The notes beneath the pieces were generated by a model. It was not told where the DNA came from and made no database searches. It worked only from the letters and a program-made list of their open reading frames with translations. Shown here piece after piece: positions 18,230 to 30,609 of a DNA stretch of 64,000 nucleotides. Positions within the stretch are counted from its first letter, which is position 1; every line of letters begins with the position of its first letter. Both the position numbers and the translations under genes were made by a program. Origin of the DNA: Rhodospirillaceae bacterium (GTDB taxonomy: Bacteria; Pseudomonadota; Alphaproteobacteria; MPNO01; UBA2964); the NCBI GenBank assembly GCA_002709075.1, contig PAPV01000013.1:169693-233692 (forward strand). The letters run 5' to 3'.

Positions 18230-19272
18230 ATGAAAAACGGTTAATTATTCCTGAAAAAGTCGAGGGCGATAGTGTTGATGTCGCCCTAAGACCTCAGAAA
18301 TTTAACGATTTTGTTGGACAAAAGAATTTGAAACAAAATCTTCGTGTTTTTGTGGAAGCGGCAAATAGTCGTGGGGATGCCATGGACCATGTATTATTCC
18401 ATGGCCCTCCTGGTCTCGGCAAAACTACTTTAGCACAGATTGTTGCCCGCGAATTAGGTGTGGGGTTTCGTGCAACTTCTGGTCCAGTAATTTCTAAGGC
18501 TGGAGATCTCGCAGCCATTTTGACTAATCTGGAACCAAGAGATGTATTGTTTATTGATGAAATTCATCGCTTATCGCATGTAGTTGAGGAAGTTCTGTAT
18601 CCTGCAATAGAGGACTTTCAGCTTGATTTAATTATTGGCGAGGGTCCCGCCGCGCGTTCCATGAGGATTGATCTTGTTCCATTTACGCTTATTGGTGCAA
18701 CGACAAGATCCGGATTATTAACAACTCCTCTTAGGGAAAGATTCGGTATCCCCTTGCGGCTTGATTTTTATCAGGTTGAGGAATTAGAAATCGTCGTTCG
18801 TAGAGCTGCTAGGCTTATGAAGTTGAAAATCAATGATGGCGGAGCTAGTGAAATTGCCAGGAGGTCTCGTGGCACACCACGTATCGCTGGACGACTGCTC
18901 CGTCGAGTGCGCGATTTTGCAGTGGTTGGAAAAGTAGAAAGAATTACTGCAGACGTGGCAGATGAGGCTCTTTCTCGTCTTGAGGTTGACCAACTTGGAC
19001 TGGATTTGATGGATAGAAGATACCTATGCTGTATTGGCGAAAATTACGATGGTGGTCCCGTTGGCGTTGAGACATTATCGGCTGCTTTATCAGAGCAAAG
19101 AGATGCACTGGAGGAAATCATCGAGCCGTTTTTAATTCAAAAGGGCCTTTTGCAGCGCACCTCTCGCGGACGGTTGCTTACAAAATTTGGCCGCAGCCAT
19201 ATTGGATTAAAAATGCAGATGAACGATACTCAATTAGAACTGCTGGATCGAACTGGAGAGGTGCATGATTGA
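18226..19272 (+). CDS. ruvB: Holliday junction branch migration helicase RuvB
   Basis: Walker [12 protein letters not shown], Walker [10 protein letters not shown], arginine finger. Confidence 0.95.
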   Translation: MNEKRLIIPEKVEGDSVDVALRPQKFNDFVGQKNLKQNLRVFVEAANSRGDAMDHVLFHGPPGLGKTTLAQIVARELGVGFRATSGPVISKAGDLAAILTNLEPRDVLFIDEIHRLSHVVEEVLYPAIEDFQLDLIIGEGPAARSMRIDLVPFTLIGATTRSGLLTTPLRERFGIPLRLDFYQVEELEIVVRRAARLMKLKINDGGASEIARRSRGTPRIAGRLLRRVRDFAVVGKVERITADVADEALSRLEVDQLGLDLMDRRYLCCIGENYDGGPVGVETLSAALSEQRDALEEIIEPFLIQKGLLQRTSRGRLLTKFGRSHIGLKMQMNDTQLELLDRTGEVHD

Positions 19273-19702
19273 CCCACAATCATCTATGAGGGTGATTCAT
19301 ACTCATCCTATTCGGATATATTATGAAGATACTGATTGCGCAGGGGTAGTTTATTATTCGAATTATTTACGCTTTGCTGAGAGGGCGCGAACTGAGATGT
19401 TTCGTGGAATTGGATTTTCAAATATAGAATATTCAAAGTGCGAAGGTATCACGTTTGCCGTGCGAAGATGTGATGCTGAATATCTAAAACCAGCTTTTCT
19501 CGACGACTTGGTAGAAGTTGATACTGGAAATCTTGATCTTCAAGGTGCTAGTTTTTGGATTAATCAAAACGTTCGTCGCTATCGCGATTTGTTGGTAACG
19601 ATGCGTATTCGGCTTGCTTGCGTCGATAAAGAGGGTCAAGTGTCTCGGATACCAAAACAGTTATTAACTAATCTGCAAAAACTTAATAGAACGGTTTCTT
19701 AA
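19265..19702 (+). CDS. ybgC: Tol-Pal-associated acyl-CoA thioesterase YbgC (4HBT family)
   Basis: Hotdog-fold 4HBT motif [19 protein letters not shown]; position directly upstream of tolQ. Confidence 0.85.
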   Translation: MIDPQSSMRVIHTHPIRIYYEDTDCAGVVYYSNYLRFAERARTEMFRGIGFSNIEYSKCEGITFAVRRCDAEYLKPAFLDDLVEVDTGNLDLQGASFWINQNVRRYRDLLVTMRIRLACVDKEGQVSRIPKQLLTNLQKLNRTVS

Positions 19703-19723
19703 ATTTAAAATGAGAATTTAATT

Positions 19724-20440
19724 ATGGAAAAAGAAGTGTTGTCCTCTGCAATATTATCAGGATCGGTTTCTAATGATATGTCAGTTTGGGGATTATTTCT
19801 TCAGGCTGATATGGTAGTGAAGGTGGTGTTAATTCTTCTGATCATCGCATCGTTGTGGAGTTGGGCTATTATTTTTGAGAAGACTTTAAGGCTTAGAAAA
19901 TTATGGTCGCGAGCTGATTCATTTGAAGAAGTATTTTGGTCTGGTGGCTCTCTTGATGATCTTTTTGATCGTACGTCAAAACGCCCAGCCGACCCAATGT
20001 CTTCCATTTTTAATGCTGCGATGAGAGAATGGCGAAGATCTTCTTCCCGTGCAATCACCGATAATGCGGGACTTGCACAGCGCATAGAGCGGGTGATGTA
20101 TGTTACCCTTGGTAGGGAGATGGATAATGCTGAAAAGCATATGACTTTCCTGGCGTCGGTTGGGTCAACCGCTCCATTCATTGGTTTATTTGGAACGGTT
20201 TGGGGAATAATGGATAGTTTTCAGGCAATCGCTATGACTAAAGACACCTCTCTCGCTGTAGTTGCACCGGGTATAGCTGAGGCTTTATTTGCCACAGCGC
20301 TTGGTCTTGTGGCTGCTATCCCAGCTGTTCTTGCGTATAATAAATTCTCCAATGAATTTGGACGTTATTCTGCGCGGTTAGAAGCATTTTCGAGCGAGTT
20401 TGGTGCTATTATTTCCCGTCAGCTAGAAGAAAACACGTAA
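19724..20440 (+). CDS. tolQ: Tol-Pal system protein TolQ
   Basis: Three TM segments, GLFGTVWGIMDSF motif. Confidence 0.9.
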   Translation: MEKEVLSSAILSGSVSNDMSVWGLFLQADMVVKVVLILLIIASLWSWAIIFEKTLRLRKLWSRADSFEEVFWSGGSLDDLFDRTSKRPADPMSSIFNAAMREWRRSSSRAITDNAGLAQRIERVMYVTLGREMDNAEKHMTFLASVGSTAPFIGLFGTVWGIMDSFQAIAMTKDTSLAVVAPGIAEALFATALGLVAAIPAVLAYNKFSNEFGRYSARLEAFSSEFGAIISRQLEENT

Positions 20441-20442
20441 CG

Positions 20443-20895
20443 ATGGCATTTGTTCTTCCACCAGAAAATTCTCGTGCAGTAAGTTCAAGACGTCGCAAAA
20501 GGCCGCCTATGAGCGAAATAAATGTTACGCCTTTTGTTGATGTCATGCTGGTGCTTCTGATAGTTTTTATGGTCACAGCACCTCTCTTGACAGTAGGTGT
20601 ACCAGTCGATCTGCCCACAAGTTCGGCAAAACAGATTGGGGGCAATGATGAGCCATTGGTGGTAACTGTAAATAGTGATGGTAAAATTTTCTTACAGGAT
20701 ACTAGCCTTCGAGTCGATCAACTGATTCCTCGGCTTTCTGCAATCATGGAAAATAGGAAGAACACACGCATTTTTCTTCGTGGGGATAAAAGGATTTCTT
20801 ATGGTAAGATCATGGTTGTTATGGGTGCCCTCAATCAGGCGGGATTTCGACGCGTAGCGCTTATAACAGAAACTAAAGTACCCGTTTCTCGTTAA
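20443..20895 (+). CDS. tolR: Tol-Pal system protein TolR
   Basis: SEINVTPFVDVMLVLLIVFMV ExbD/TolR N-terminal TM motif. Confidence 0.9.
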   Translation: MAFVLPPENSRAVSSRRRKRPPMSEINVTPFVDVMLVLLIVFMVTAPLLTVGVPVDLPTSSAKQIGGNDEPLVVTVNSDGKIFLQDTSLRVDQLIPRLSAIMENRKNTRIFLRGDKRISYGKIMVVMGALNQAGFRRVALITETKVPVSR

Positions 20896-20916
20896 AGTGG
20901 CAGAGAATGGTGATTT

Positions 20917-21768
20917 ATGCATCGAGCGTTAGTTTATTCAATAACTTTTCATTCGGTGGTTGTTTTCATCGCATGGATTGGTGTTCCTGCACTTTTAAGT
21001 CCACCGCAAGTTATTTCAAACAATATTCCAGTAGAATTAGTATCTATGAGTGATATAAAACCGCCCAAAACTCGACCAAAATCAAACCCGGCAATTAAAC
21101 AAAAACGTGTGATGCCTCAAATAAAAAAAACGGCTTCGATCCAATCTTCATCAAGCGAAATCAAAATTCCCAGTCCCCCGCCAAAAAAACCTAAATTGAA
21201 GCCCAAATTAAAAACTGAAATAAAGCGTAAGAAATTTCGAAGAGCACCGCCTCAACCAAAACGAAAACCAAAGGTAGATAGCCGACCTAGCAAGAAGGTC
21301 AAAAAGAGAGAGGATAGACTTGCATCAATATTGAAAAATCTTGCATTAGCAAAGAAGAATGCGCAAAATTCACGGCAGTCAAAGCAAATTTCTAAACCTG
21401 AAATCAGTCATAGCAATAAAAAAAACGTATTTTCCATAGATAGAAGAAGACAAACTACGGAGCTGGCATTAAAAGTAAAGGATCAACTGACTCCGTGTTG
21501 GAATATACCCGCTGGTGCAAAGGGGTTACAAAATATGAAGGTTATATTGCGTATTAGGCTGAATCCAGATGGATCATTGCGTGCGGCACCAAATGTGTTG
21601 GATCGTTCTAGAATGACAAAAGATTCTTTCTTCAGGGCCGTTGCTGAGAGTGCGGTACGCTCCTTGCAGCACCCACGCTGTATGCCACTTCAGTTGCCTT
21701 TGACCCAATATGATTTGTGGAAGGATATCACCTTTAACTTTGATCCAAGTGAAGCTCTCGGCCAATAG
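20917..21768 (+). CDS. tolA: Tol-Pal system protein TolA (lysine/proline-rich linker)
   Basis: N-terminal TM, K/P-rich low-complexity central region, TolA/TonB-like C-terminal domain; operon position. Confidence 0.7.
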   Translation: MHRALVYSITFHSVVVFIAWIGVPALLSPPQVISNNIPVELVSMSDIKPPKTRPKSNPAIKQKRVMPQIKKTASIQSSSSEIKIPSPPPKKPKLKPKLKTEIKRKKFRRAPPQPKRKPKVDSRPSKKVKKREDRLASILKNLALAKKNAQNSRQSKQISKPEISHSNKKNVFSIDRRRQTTELALKVKDQLTPCWNIPAGAKGLQNMKVILRIRLNPDGSLRAAPNVLDRSRMTKDSFFRAVAESAVRSLQHPRCMPLQLPLTQYDLWKDITFNFDPSEALGQ

Positions 21769-21778
21769 GACATGTCAG

Positions 21779-23116
21779 ATGATATTACTTAAAATGTTCC
21801 GTAAATTATTGCAGCTCGTTTTCTTTTGCGTTGTTGTAACTTTTTTTATTAAACCAATAGCAGCGCAATTGCGAGTAGATATCACTAGCGGCAATCCACA
21901 ACCTTTACCTATTGCGGTGGCCGAATTTTTTGGCTCTGGACCGGAGACCGAAGTACTTGCAAAGAAAATCACCGAGGTGATTTCGAGTGATCTGGAGAGA
22001 TCTGGCTTGTTTCGCCTTATCAAACGCAAGGCTTTTATTCAGGACAGAAGTTCATTACGCGTGCGACCACAGTTTCCTTCGTGGCGACAAATAAACGCAC
22101 AGGCTCTGTTAGTTGGTAGTGCAAAAACACAGCCAAGTGGGCAAATAAGAGTAGATTTTCGTCTTTGGGACGTGTTTTCAGCACAACAGTTGATTGGCAG
22201 AAGATTGGAAACTGACCCTGCTAATTGGCGTCGCATAGCCCACATCATTGCGGACGTAATTTACAAGAGGATTACTGGAGAAAACGGGTACTTTGATACT
22301 CGTGTCGTTTACATTGCCGAAACCGGCCCCGCACAGAAACGTATCAAACGCCTTGCGATAATGGATCAGGACGGTGCAAATTTAAGGTATTTAACAAATG
22401 GCAAATCTTTAGTTCTTACACCTAGATTTTCGCCGACGGCGCAAGAAATCACCTATTTAGCCTATGAAAACGATCTCCCTAGAGTTTATGTATATAATAT
22501 TGACACTGGACAGCAAGAACTTTTGGGTGACTTTCCCGGGATGAGCTTTGCTCCGAGATTCTCACCAGATGGAAATGAAGTCATAATGTCGGTGGCGCGT
22601 GATGGAAATTCTGATATTTTTACTATGGATTTGCGAACAAGAGAAATGCGTAGACTAACACGTCACCCAGCTATAGATACATCACCATCTTTTTCCCCAA
22701 GTGGTAAAAACGTCGTGTTTAACTCTGATCGAGGCGGCGAACAACAATTATATGTTATGAATACTATTGAGAGGAAAGCAAAGAGAATAAGCTTTGGCTC
22801 GGGCCGCTACGCAACACCAGTATGGTCACCCAGAGGAGATCTTATAGCTTTTACAAAAATAAGTGGAGGATCTTTTGCTATAGGAGTAATGCGTCCTGAT
22901 GGATCTGGTGAAAGACTTCTTGCTCGCGGTTTTTTGACAGAGGGTCCCACTTGGGCACCTAATGGCAGAGTGTTAATGTTTTTTAGGAAAAATCGAGGTC
23001 GATCGGGTCGCACTCAACCCAGACTCTTTTCGATTGATTTAACAGGATTTAATGAAAGAGAAATTCCAACTCCGACATCTGCATCAGACCCTGCTTGGTC
23101 TCCATCAAAACCTTAG
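21779..23116 (+). CDS. tolB: Tol-Pal system beta-propeller protein TolB
   Basis: Signal peptide then repeated propeller blades (SP.FSPDG..), WD40-like repeats. Start set to ATG 21779 after the tolA stop; the ORF track start 21710 overlaps tolA. Confidence 0.9.
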   Translation: MILLKMFRKLLQLVFFCVVVTFFIKPIAAQLRVDITSGNPQPLPIAVAEFFGSGPETEVLAKKITEVISSDLERSGLFRLIKRKAFIQDRSSLRVRPQFPSWRQINAQALLVGSAKTQPSGQIRVDFRLWDVFSAQQLIGRRLETDPANWRRIAHIIADVIYKRITGENGYFDTRVVYIAETGPAQKRIKRLAIMDQDGANLRYLTNGKSLVLTPRFSPTAQEITYLAYENDLPRVYVYNIDTGQQELLGDFPGMSFAPRFSPDGNEVIMSVARDGNSDIFTMDLRTREMRRLTRHPAIDTSPSFSPSGKNVVFNSDRGGEQQLYVMNTIERKAKRISFGSGRYATPVWSPRGDLIAFTKISGGSFAIGVMRPDGSGERLLARGFLTEGPTWAPNGRVLMFFRKNRGRSGRTQPRLFSIDLTGFNEREIPTPTSASDPAWSPSKP

Positions 23117-23249
23117 AACTTTTTGTTTTTTTAATTACAAATTTAAATTTAGGGATTAAAATCTTGCTTGATGTCTTAAGAAGGAAAGTTAGGGTAAGGA
23201 AATTTGATTTATAGTTGATTCCAATACAAATCGTAAAAGGACATATCTC

Positions 23250-23789
23250 ATGCATTTAAAATTAATTTTGATGATTATTACAGGGATTGCCTTGTTGGGT
23301 TGTGAGACAACACCGCAAACTTCAGGGACTTACACGGGAACTGGATCTGTGTCAGATTCGGGGGGTGGCGGAAAGGACTCTTCGATAAGTTCTTCGGATT
23401 TGGCATCAGCAATCCAAGGCAAACGTCTTGGCTTGGGGTCTCAGGAAGATCTTGTGGTTAATATTGGCGACAGAGTATTTTTTGAGACTGATAGTTTCCA
23501 ACTGTCACAGGCAGCCCGTCGAATAGTCGAAAAACAGGCCAAATGGATAAAGCGGTACCCATCTGTTAAAATGAGTATTGAAGGTCACGCGGATGAACGT
23601 GGTACGCGTGAATACAATTTGGCACTCGGTGAACGGAGGGCAACTGCTGTAAGAGACTATCTGATTGCATTGGGAATAAATCCCAACAGAGTTCGCACAA
23701 TTAGTTTTGGTAAAGAGAGGCCAGTTGATGCTCGGTCAGTACCGGAAGCATGGTCAAAGAATCGTAGAAGCGTCTCCATTGTTAAATAA
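23250..23789 (+). CDS. pal: Peptidoglycan-associated lipoprotein Pal
   Basis: Lipobox LLGC; OmpA C-terminal domain (F..DS..L...A...V..QA.W....P.....IEGHADERGT.EYNLALGERRA.AV). Confidence 0.9.
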   Translation: MHLKLILMIITGIALLGCETTPQTSGTYTGTGSVSDSGGGGKDSSISSSDLASAIQGKRLGLGSQEDLVVNIGDRVFFETDSFQLSQAARRIVEKQAKWIKRYPSVKMSIEGHADERGTREYNLALGERRATAVRDYLIALGINPNRVRTISFGKERPVDARSVPEAWSKNRRSVSIVK

Positions 23790-23836
23790 TTTTCAAGCTT
23801 GTAGAAATTTTAACTCCCTCTGATAGGTAGATTTAA

Positions 23837-24673
23837 ATGAGGTCATTTTGGTTGTTTTCATTTATTCTGAGTACATCAATTACCATGATATTCTATAATG
23901 GAAGTGCCAACGCACAATCTGGTAATGCAATGCAGGCTACTCAAGTTAGGCAAGGTGAAAGAATTGATCAGCTTGAAAATGAAATCCGGCGCCTTACGGG
24001 TCAGAACGAGGCTTTAATCCACAAGATTGATAAAATCTCTAAAACCTTAAAATCTGTGACGGACCAACTGACAAGTGCAACAAAAAAAGAAGATCAAAAA
24101 TCAGACAATGTGCAAGAAGCCATCGGTTTTGATTTAGACCCCCAAGAAAAACCTAGAAAGACCATTTTGAGTGCCGGTGAGAATCAGGTCGAAAGTACGA
24201 CTCCAGTGATTAATAAGTCAGATTCAAGGAGGCTTGCTATCCAAACAAAAAAATCAGATTCCTATTCTGAGGTGAGACAAGAGGTTCCCCCCGAAAAACT
24301 TTACAAACAAGCTCAAGATCTGATTTTGAAGTCGCAGAAATTTTCTCAAGCACAGGCAATATTAAATAAATTTATCCAAAAGTATAAGACACATCCACTA
24401 ACCCCCAATGCGTATTATTGGTTGGGGCGCACTCATTTTGTCATGAACGATTTCCAAAATGCAGCTTTCGCATTCGCCGAAGGATTTAAAAAGTTTAGAA
24501 AATCTGAAAAAGCACCGGCAAATTTACTAAATCTTGGTATGGCACTAGCAAGTTTAGGAAGCAAGAAGGAGGCTTGTGAAGCTTGGACGCAACTCACAAA
24601 ATCCTACCCCAAGGCACCTGCGTCAGTGAAACGCAGGGTGGGCAGAGAGCAGCGTCGAGAAAAATGCACATAG
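23837..24673 (+). CDS. cpoB: Cell division coordinator CpoB (YbgF), TPR protein
   Basis: Signal peptide, N-terminal coiled coil (RIDQLENEIRRLTGQNE), C-terminal TPR-like repeats; last gene of the tol-pal cluster. Confidence 0.8.
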   Translation: MRSFWLFSFILSTSITMIFYNGSANAQSGNAMQATQVRQGERIDQLENEIRRLTGQNEALIHKIDKISKTLKSVTDQLTSATKKEDQKSDNVQEAIGFDLDPQEKPRKTILSAGENQVESTTPVINKSDSRRLAIQTKKSDSYSEVRQEVPPEKLYKQAQDLILKSQKFSQAQAILNKFIQKYKTHPLTPNAYYWLGRTHFVMNDFQNAAFAFAEGFKKFRKSEKAPANLLNLGMALASLGSKKEACEAWTQLTKSYPKAPASVKRRVGREQRREKCT

Positions 24674-24703
24674 ATTTACTATTGAGCCGATTGCACAATC
24701 CTC

Positions 24704-25996
24704 GTGCATAGCGTCGATAAAATATTTGAACGAGCCATGGTGAAGTTTGGCTCCTTTGAACCGCACCCTCACGTAGCGGTTGCATTTTCTGGTGGAGGAG
24801 ACAGCACTGCTCTTCTTCATTTACTAGTCAATTGGATTAACCGATGCGACGGCAAAGTTACTGCTTTAGTTGTCGATCATGGTTTGCGCGATGGGTCAGC
24901 AAAAGATGCAGGTCTTGCTAGAGATCATGCTATAAAGGCTGGTGTTACTTGCCATGTGCTGAATTGGCGCGGTCCGAAACCAACTAGTGCGATTCAGGCA
25001 TCTGCAAGAAAAGTTAGGTACCAACTCTTGGGAGATTGGTGTCTCAGGAATGGAGTGCTGCATCTTGCCCTAGGCCATCAGTTAGATGACCAAATGGAGA
25101 CTGTTTGCATGAGAGCCAGCCGTGGCAGCGGGCCCGATGGATTGGCAGGAATGACAGAACAGAGGGAAACAGAATGGGGCCGTATTGTAAGACCTCTATT
25201 GTCAGTAAATCGCTCTAAACTTCGCCACTTTTTAAAAAAAAGAAATATTTCATGGATAAACGACCCATCAAATGATGATCACACGTTTGAAAGAGTTCGG
25301 GTTCGCCAAGAGATAAAAAAAAGAAAATATTTTTCTCATGACTTGAATGCGAGGCGCACTTCAAGAAAATCTCTTGATTATGAAGCTGCTAAATTTCTTG
25401 CAGTTGGAGCAATGATATCGCCATTCGGATATGCGATGATTTGTTTGGATACCTTCAATGACGTATCCGTTGACGGCAAGCGACGAGTTATCAGCGGACT
25501 ATGTGCAACGATAGGTGGCCTTGAATACAACCCACGTCGGAAGTCTATAGATGCAGTTGTGGATTCAATAAATAAAAGAGAATTTGTAAGCCGTACACTA
25601 GGCGGTTGTATTTTTCTAAAGGTAACTGATGACATACTTATTGTACGTGAGGCAGAAAGGTGTCCGGTGGAGGGTTTCTTGGGTAAAAATATCCAAATTT
25701 GGGATAGAAGGTTTGTATTTAGTAAAACATCTGTAAGCGCTGGGATTTCTGTAGGACCTTTAATATTAGCTAAGTCTGAAATCTTTGGAGAAATACGACG
25801 AAGCTATCCCAACATCCGCAATGTTCCTGAAGTAGCTTTGAGAGCTCTTCCAGCTTTCTTCAAAGCGGATAAACTTCTTGCAGTACCGCATTTGCGCTAT
25901 GGTAGGTCTAGTCGGTATGGTAGGCTTTCAAGGGCACAAGTAGTTTTTAGGCCGAAACGATCTGCTTCTAATGCTCCGTTTACGGTTGTTAAATGA
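24704..25996 (+). CDS. tilS: tRNA(Ile)-lysidine synthetase
   Basis: PP-loop SGGGDSTALL motif; 430-aa length; conserved position upstream of ftsH. Confidence 0.85.
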   Translation: MHSVDKIFERAMVKFGSFEPHPHVAVAFSGGGDSTALLHLLVNWINRCDGKVTALVVDHGLRDGSAKDAGLARDHAIKAGVTCHVLNWRGPKPTSAIQASARKVRYQLLGDWCLRNGVLHLALGHQLDDQMETVCMRASRGSGPDGLAGMTEQRETEWGRIVRPLLSVNRSKLRHFLKKRNISWINDPSNDDHTFERVRVRQEIKKRKYFSHDLNARRTSRKSLDYEAAKFLAVGAMISPFGYAMICLDTFNDVSVDGKRRVISGLCATIGGLEYNPRRKSIDAVVDSINKREFVSRTLGGCIFLKVTDDILIVREAERCPVEGFLGKNIQIWDRRFVFSKTSVSAGISVGPLILAKSEIFGEIRRSYPNIRNVPEVALRALPAFFKADKLLAVPHLRYGRSSRYGRLSRAQVVFRPKRSASNAPFTVVK

Positions 25997-26066
25997 AGAA
26001 ATAGTACCATCTAATAAGAAGAATGATGTTAATACAAAGTAATATAGTCGGGTAGAGGATTTAATA

Positions 26067-28001
26067 GTGGGTAATTTAGGAAAAAATTTAGTGTTATGGG
26101 TTGTAATAGGTGCCCTTCTCATCGTGCTTTTCAATATGTTTCAACAGCCTACCGGCGGGGATGGCAGAATCGGTATACCATTTTCTGATTTTGTAGCAGA
26201 GGTTGGAAATGGTCAGGTGCGTGAAGTCACCATTCAGGGAAACAACATCGAGGGTACATACACCGATGGGCGAGGATTCCAAACCTACGCACCCAATGAC
26301 CCGGATCTTGTTCAGCGGCTGACTAACAAGGGTGTTGTTATTAAAGCGAAACCCGTAGATGACGGTTCCCCTAGTATACTGCAAATACTCATATCCTGGT
26401 TCCCAATGTTGTTGCTTATTGCAGTTTGGATATTTTTTATGAGGCAAATGCAATCCGGTGGCGGCAAGGCAATGGGATTTGGTAAGTCAAAGGCGAAACT
26501 TTTGACAGAAAAATCAGGCAGGGTCACCTTTGAAGACGTTGCAGGAATTGACGAGGCCAAAACCGAGCTTGAAGAAGTGGTTGAATTTCTGCGTGACCCA
26601 CAAAAATTTCAAAGGCTTGGTGGAAAAATTCCCAAAGGGGTTTTATTGGTGGGACCTCCTGGTACAGGAAAGACGTTGTTAGCTAGAGCTATAGCTGGTG
26701 AAGCAAATGTACCCTTTTTTACAATTTCCGGCTCGGATTTTGTGGAAATGTTTGTTGGAGTTGGCGCTAGCCGGGTTAGAGATATGTTTGAACAAGGAAA
26801 GAAAAATGCGCCATGTTTGGTATTCATCGATGAAATCGACGCTGTTGGTAGACATCGCGGAGCTGGATTAGGTGGGGGTAACGATGAACGTGAACAGACA
26901 CTGAACCAGCTTCTGGTTGAGATGGACGGTTTTGAGGCAAATGAGGGGGTAATTCTGATTGCCGCCACTAACAGACCAGATGTATTAGACCCAGCCTTGC
27001 TAAGGCCGGGAAGATTTGATCGTCAAGTCGTAGTTCCTAATCCAGATATTCTTGGCCGTGAGAAAATTCTTAAAGTTCACATGCGCAATGTTCCAGCAGC
27101 GCCAAACGTTGACCCGCGAACTATAGCCAGAGGTACCCCTGGGTTCTCCGGTGCTGATTTGGCAAATCTAGTAAATGAAGCAGCATTATTAGCTGCTAGG
27201 CGTGACAAGCGTCTGGTAACTATGGAAGAATTTGAAGATGCCAAAGATAAGGTTTTAATGGGCGCTGAACGCCGATCTATGGTGATGAGTGAGGAAGAAA
27301 AAGAATTAACCGCTTATCATGAAGCTGGTCATGCAATTGTAGGCTTGCATGTGCCGAAACATGATCCGCTGCACAAAGTTACCATAATCCCGCGAGGTCG
27401 AGCCCTTGGTGTTACAATGAACTTGCCGGAAAAAGACCAATTATCAATGTCGAAAACACAACTTACCTCACGTATTGCTTCAATGTTCGGCGGTCGTGTG
27501 GCTGAAGAAATGATTTTTGGAGAGGCTAACGTCACTACTGGCGCTAGTAATGATATTATGCAAGCAACCGGACTTGCTCGCCGAATGGTTACAGAATTCG
27601 GATTTAGTGAAAAATTAGGTCCTCTTCTGTATAGCGACAATCAGGAGGAAGTTTTTCTCGGCCACTCTGTTACTCAGCAAAAGAACAATTCCGATGCGAC
27701 TACAGAAATTATTGATCAGGAAGTTAGACGTATTGTTGAAGAAGGTGAAAAAACGGCCAAAGTCGTGCTGAAGGAATTTAGCGACGAATTAGAAATTTTG
27801 GCAAAGGCACTGTTAGAATACGAAACATTGTCGGGCGACGATGTTGAAGCGCTTCTAAAAGGAGAATCCATAGTTCGGCCCGCCGCAGATGATCTGCCTC
27901 CGGATCCGCGTGGTAAATCTTCAGTGCCCACTGCCGGCAAGAGAAAAAAACGGGGTGGTGATAGTGGATCAGGTATGGAACCTGAACCACAAGGCACTTA
28001 A
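26067..28001 (+). CDS. ftsH: ATP-dependent zinc metalloprotease FtsH
   Basis: Two TM segments, Walker [17 protein letters not shown] zinc motif; GTG start. Confidence 0.95.
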   Translation: MGNLGKNLVLWVVIGALLIVLFNMFQQPTGGDGRIGIPFSDFVAEVGNGQVREVTIQGNNIEGTYTDGRGFQTYAPNDPDLVQRLTNKGVVIKAKPVDDGSPSILQILISWFPMLLLIAVWIFFMRQMQSGGGKAMGFGKSKAKLLTEKSGRVTFEDVAGIDEAKTELEEVVEFLRDPQKFQRLGGKIPKGVLLVGPPGTGKTLLARAIAGEANVPFFTISGSDFVEMFVGVGASRVRDMFEQGKKNAPCLVFIDEIDAVGRHRGAGLGGGNDEREQTLNQLLVEMDGFEANEGVILIAATNRPDVLDPALLRPGRFDRQVVVPNPDILGREKILKVHMRNVPAAPNVDPRTIARGTPGFSGADLANLVNEAALLAARRDKRLVTMEEFEDAKDKVLMGAERRSMVMSEEEKELTAYHEAGHAIVGLHVPKHDPLHKVTIIPRGRALGVTMNLPEKDQLSMSKTQLTSRIASMFGGRVAEEMIFGEANVTTGASNDIMQATGLARRMVTEFGFSEKLGPLLYSDNQEEVFLGHSVTQQKNNSDATTEIIDQEVRRIVEEGEKTAKVVLKEFSDELEILAKALLEYETLSGDDVEALLKGESIVRPAADDLPPDPRGKSSVPTAGKRKKRGGDSGSGMEPEPQGT

Positions 28002-28260
28002 TAGCTGAATAGCTTTATCTACCTTTGTGAAAACGCATTTTCTTCCATGTTTGCCTGAAAATTTTGATTTTCATGGTAATTATGAAGTGCCAGTTGTTAT
28101 TTTTCCAGCGCGATTGAGTCGGAGAAATAATTTAAGTGCGTGTGATATTTTACCATTGGTGGGTAGTAATATCGATTTTAGTCATCTTGAAATGTATATG
28201 GTAGAGAAGAATGGTAGTCTGTATTTTTGTCGGGCCACCCCTGGTCAAGCAGCAGAGTGG

Positions 28261-29139
28261 ATGGCAAATCACGGGCTACAAAATTTATATGAAACCTTTC
28301 TTGGTCGCTTAACAAAAACCCGCAAACCATACGCAGGATTGCGACTCGATCAACCCCGCATCATGGGTATCATAAATGTAACTCCGGATAGTTTTTATGC
28401 TGCTAGCAGAGTGGAGTCGGTTTCTGCGGTGGATGTCGCTCTTAGAATGGTTGATGAGGGTGTAGACATCATAGATATTGGCGGTGAATCTACTCGGCCA
28501 AATAGCTCTCCCACTTCAATTCAAGAGGAATTTGACCGCGTTTTACCGGTAGTAGAACGTCTTAAAGATTGTGGTGCCGTAATTTCTGTCGATACTAGAA
28601 GAACGTCCTTAATGGATGCGGTTATTCAAGCAGGCGCAACAGTAATAAATGATGTAAATGGTCTGCGTGACGAGGGTGCTGTTGAACTTATTGCACAAAA
28701 TCCAAAGGTTTCAGCAGTCTTGATGCATTCAGTTGGGACGCCAAACACTATGCAAGATAGTCCATTCTATTTCAATACGAGATATCAGATTTTTTGCTAT
28801 CTTATGAACCGAGTTGATATTTGCGAAAAATTGGGTATCGCGAGAGAGAGGCTAGCAGTCGATCCCGGGTTTGGCTTTGGAAAATCTACTATGCATAATA
28901 TGGATATACTTCAACGTATTAGTGTGTTCCATGGGACTGGATGTGCGGTTTTATCGGGATTATCGAGAAAATCTTTTATAGGTGATCTAATTAATGAGGA
29001 AAATGTCAGTGCCCGTCTTCCAGCGACGATAGCCGCAACTGTAACTGCTCAATCCCAAGCTGTTCAATTGCATCGGGTTCACGATGTTAAGCAAGTAAAA
29101 CAAGCTTTGTTATTTAATCATCGCTTAATGTACGACTAA
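28261..29139 (+). CDS. folP: Dihydropteroate synthase
   Basis: IMGIINVTPDSF and DIGGESTRP pterin-binding motifs. Start placed at ATG 28261 (293 aa). The ORF track allows an in-frame GTG extension to 28027. Confidence 0.75.
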   Translation: MANHGLQNLYETFLGRLTKTRKPYAGLRLDQPRIMGIINVTPDSFYAASRVESVSAVDVALRMVDEGVDIIDIGGESTRPNSSPTSIQEEFDRVLPVVERLKDCGAVISVDTRRTSLMDAVIQAGATVINDVNGLRDEGAVELIAQNPKVSAVLMHSVGTPNTMQDSPFYFNTRYQIFCYLMNRVDICEKLGIARERLAVDPGFGFGKSTMHNMDILQRISVFHGTGCAVLSGLSRKSFIGDLINEENVSARLPATIAATVTAQSQAVQLHRVHDVKQVKQALLFNHRLMYD

Positions 29140-29213
29140 GGATTGAATTATATCAGTGCTTGCTATTTTGACCAGTGACTGTTTAAAAGAATATGGTCTT
29201 AAAGGATTTCAGT

Positions 29214-30560
29214 ATGGTAAACAAATATTTTGGAACCGACGGTGTTCGAGGCACAGCTAACTGTTACCCTATGACTCCTGATATGGCTTTGAAGATTGGA
29301 ATGGCTGCAGGAAAGGTTTTTACCTGTGGTGACCATCGACATACCGTTGTAATTGGAAAAGATACTAGATTGTCGGGCTATATGTTTGAACCAGCACTAG
29401 TATCTGGGTTTGTGGGAATGGGGATGGATGTGATTCTGTTAGGTCCTTTGCCGACTCCAGCAGTTGCAATGATGACGCGCAGCCTTAGAGCAGATCTTGG
29501 GGTAATGATTTCAGCCTCGCACAATCAATATTCAGATAATGGAATTAAGTTTTTTGGCCCTGACGGATATAAATTATCCGATGAAAAAGAGCATGAGATT
29601 GAAGGGTTGATTGACGAGGGAGTGGAAAAGTGGCTTGTAGATCCATCTAAACTTGGTCGTGCCAAAAGATTAGAAGATGCGGAAGGCCGGTATATCGAAT
29701 TTGCAAAAAATACTTTCCCAAAGGGACTGAGACTTGATGGGCTCAAAATTGTAATTGATTGCGCCCACGGAGCTGCATACAAAGTAGCGCCGGCGGCACT
29801 TTGGGAGCTTGGTGCGGATGTGATTAAGGTTGGGGCTGCACCTGACGGATTCAATATTAATAGGGAATGCGGCAGTACCAATACTAAGTTGATGAAAGAG
29901 ACTGTCCTAGAGAACAATGCGGATATTGGTATTGCACTTGATGGGGATGCTGATCGAGTTGTGATAGCTAACGAAAAAGGAAAATTAGTTGATGGTGACC
30001 AGTTAATGGCAGTCATTGCAAGATCTTGGTCTGAATCAGGTCGTCTCCGAGGCTCTGGAGTGGTCGCAACAGTAATGTCCAATCTTGGGTTAGAAAAGTT
30101 TTTAGATAGGTTAGGTTTACGTTTGGTCAGGGCACAGGTTGGAGATCGTTATGTTGTAGAGTCAATGCTTGAGTCGATGATCAATGTTGGTGGAGAACAG
30201 TCAGGACACATTATATTGCATGATTATAATTCGACTGGTGACGGTTTGGTGGCTGCTCTTCAAACTTTGGCCGTTATTGTTAGTAAGAATGCTCCTGCAA
30301 GTGAGGTGTGTTCCGTATTTAAGCCTGTGCCACAAATTTTACGTAATGTTTATTTTGATGGTGTGGAGCCCCTTAAACAACCACAAGTTAAGAGAGCGAT
30401 AGAAATCGGTCGGAAGATGCTTGGAGCGAATGGCCGATTGCTTATACGTTTGTCCGGAACGGAACCAGTGCTTCGGATTATGGCAGAAGGTGAGGACAAA
30501 AATTTGGTAGGGGATGTTGTGGACAAAATTTCTGTTTCTGTCACCAGAGGAAAAAATTAG
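29214..30560 (+). CDS. glmM: Phosphoglucosamine mutase
   Basis: [11 protein letters not shown]-terminus, [14 protein letters not shown] phosphoserine motif; conserved ftsH-folP-glmM order. Confidence 0.9.
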   Translation: MVNKYFGTDGVRGTANCYPMTPDMALKIGMAAGKVFTCGDHRHTVVIGKDTRLSGYMFEPALVSGFVGMGMDVILLGPLPTPAVAMMTRSLRADLGVMISASHNQYSDNGIKFFGPDGYKLSDEKEHEIEGLIDEGVEKWLVDPSKLGRAKRLEDAEGRYIEFAKNTFPKGLRLDGLKIVIDCAHGAAYKVAPAALWELGADVIKVGAAPDGFNINRECGSTNTKLMKETVLENNADIGIALDGDADRVVIANEKGKLVDGDQLMAVIARSWSESGRLRGSGVVATVMSNLGLEKFLDRLGLRLVRAQVGDRYVVESMLESMINVGGEQSGHIILHDYNSTGDGLVAALQTLAVIVSKNAPASEVCSVFKPVPQILRNVYFDGVEPLKQPQVKRAIEIGRKMLGANGRLLIRLSGTEPVLRIMAEGEDKNLVGDVVDKISVSVTRGKN

Positions 30561-30609
30561 TTAGCATGTGGGTTGATGTAATAGTCAAGAAAAATTTTGA
30601 GGTTTGTAT

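Noticed and set aside
29525-30082. 185-aa minus-strand ORF inside glmM
   Set aside because: Antisense to the strongly supported glmM; proline/serine low complexity; no start context
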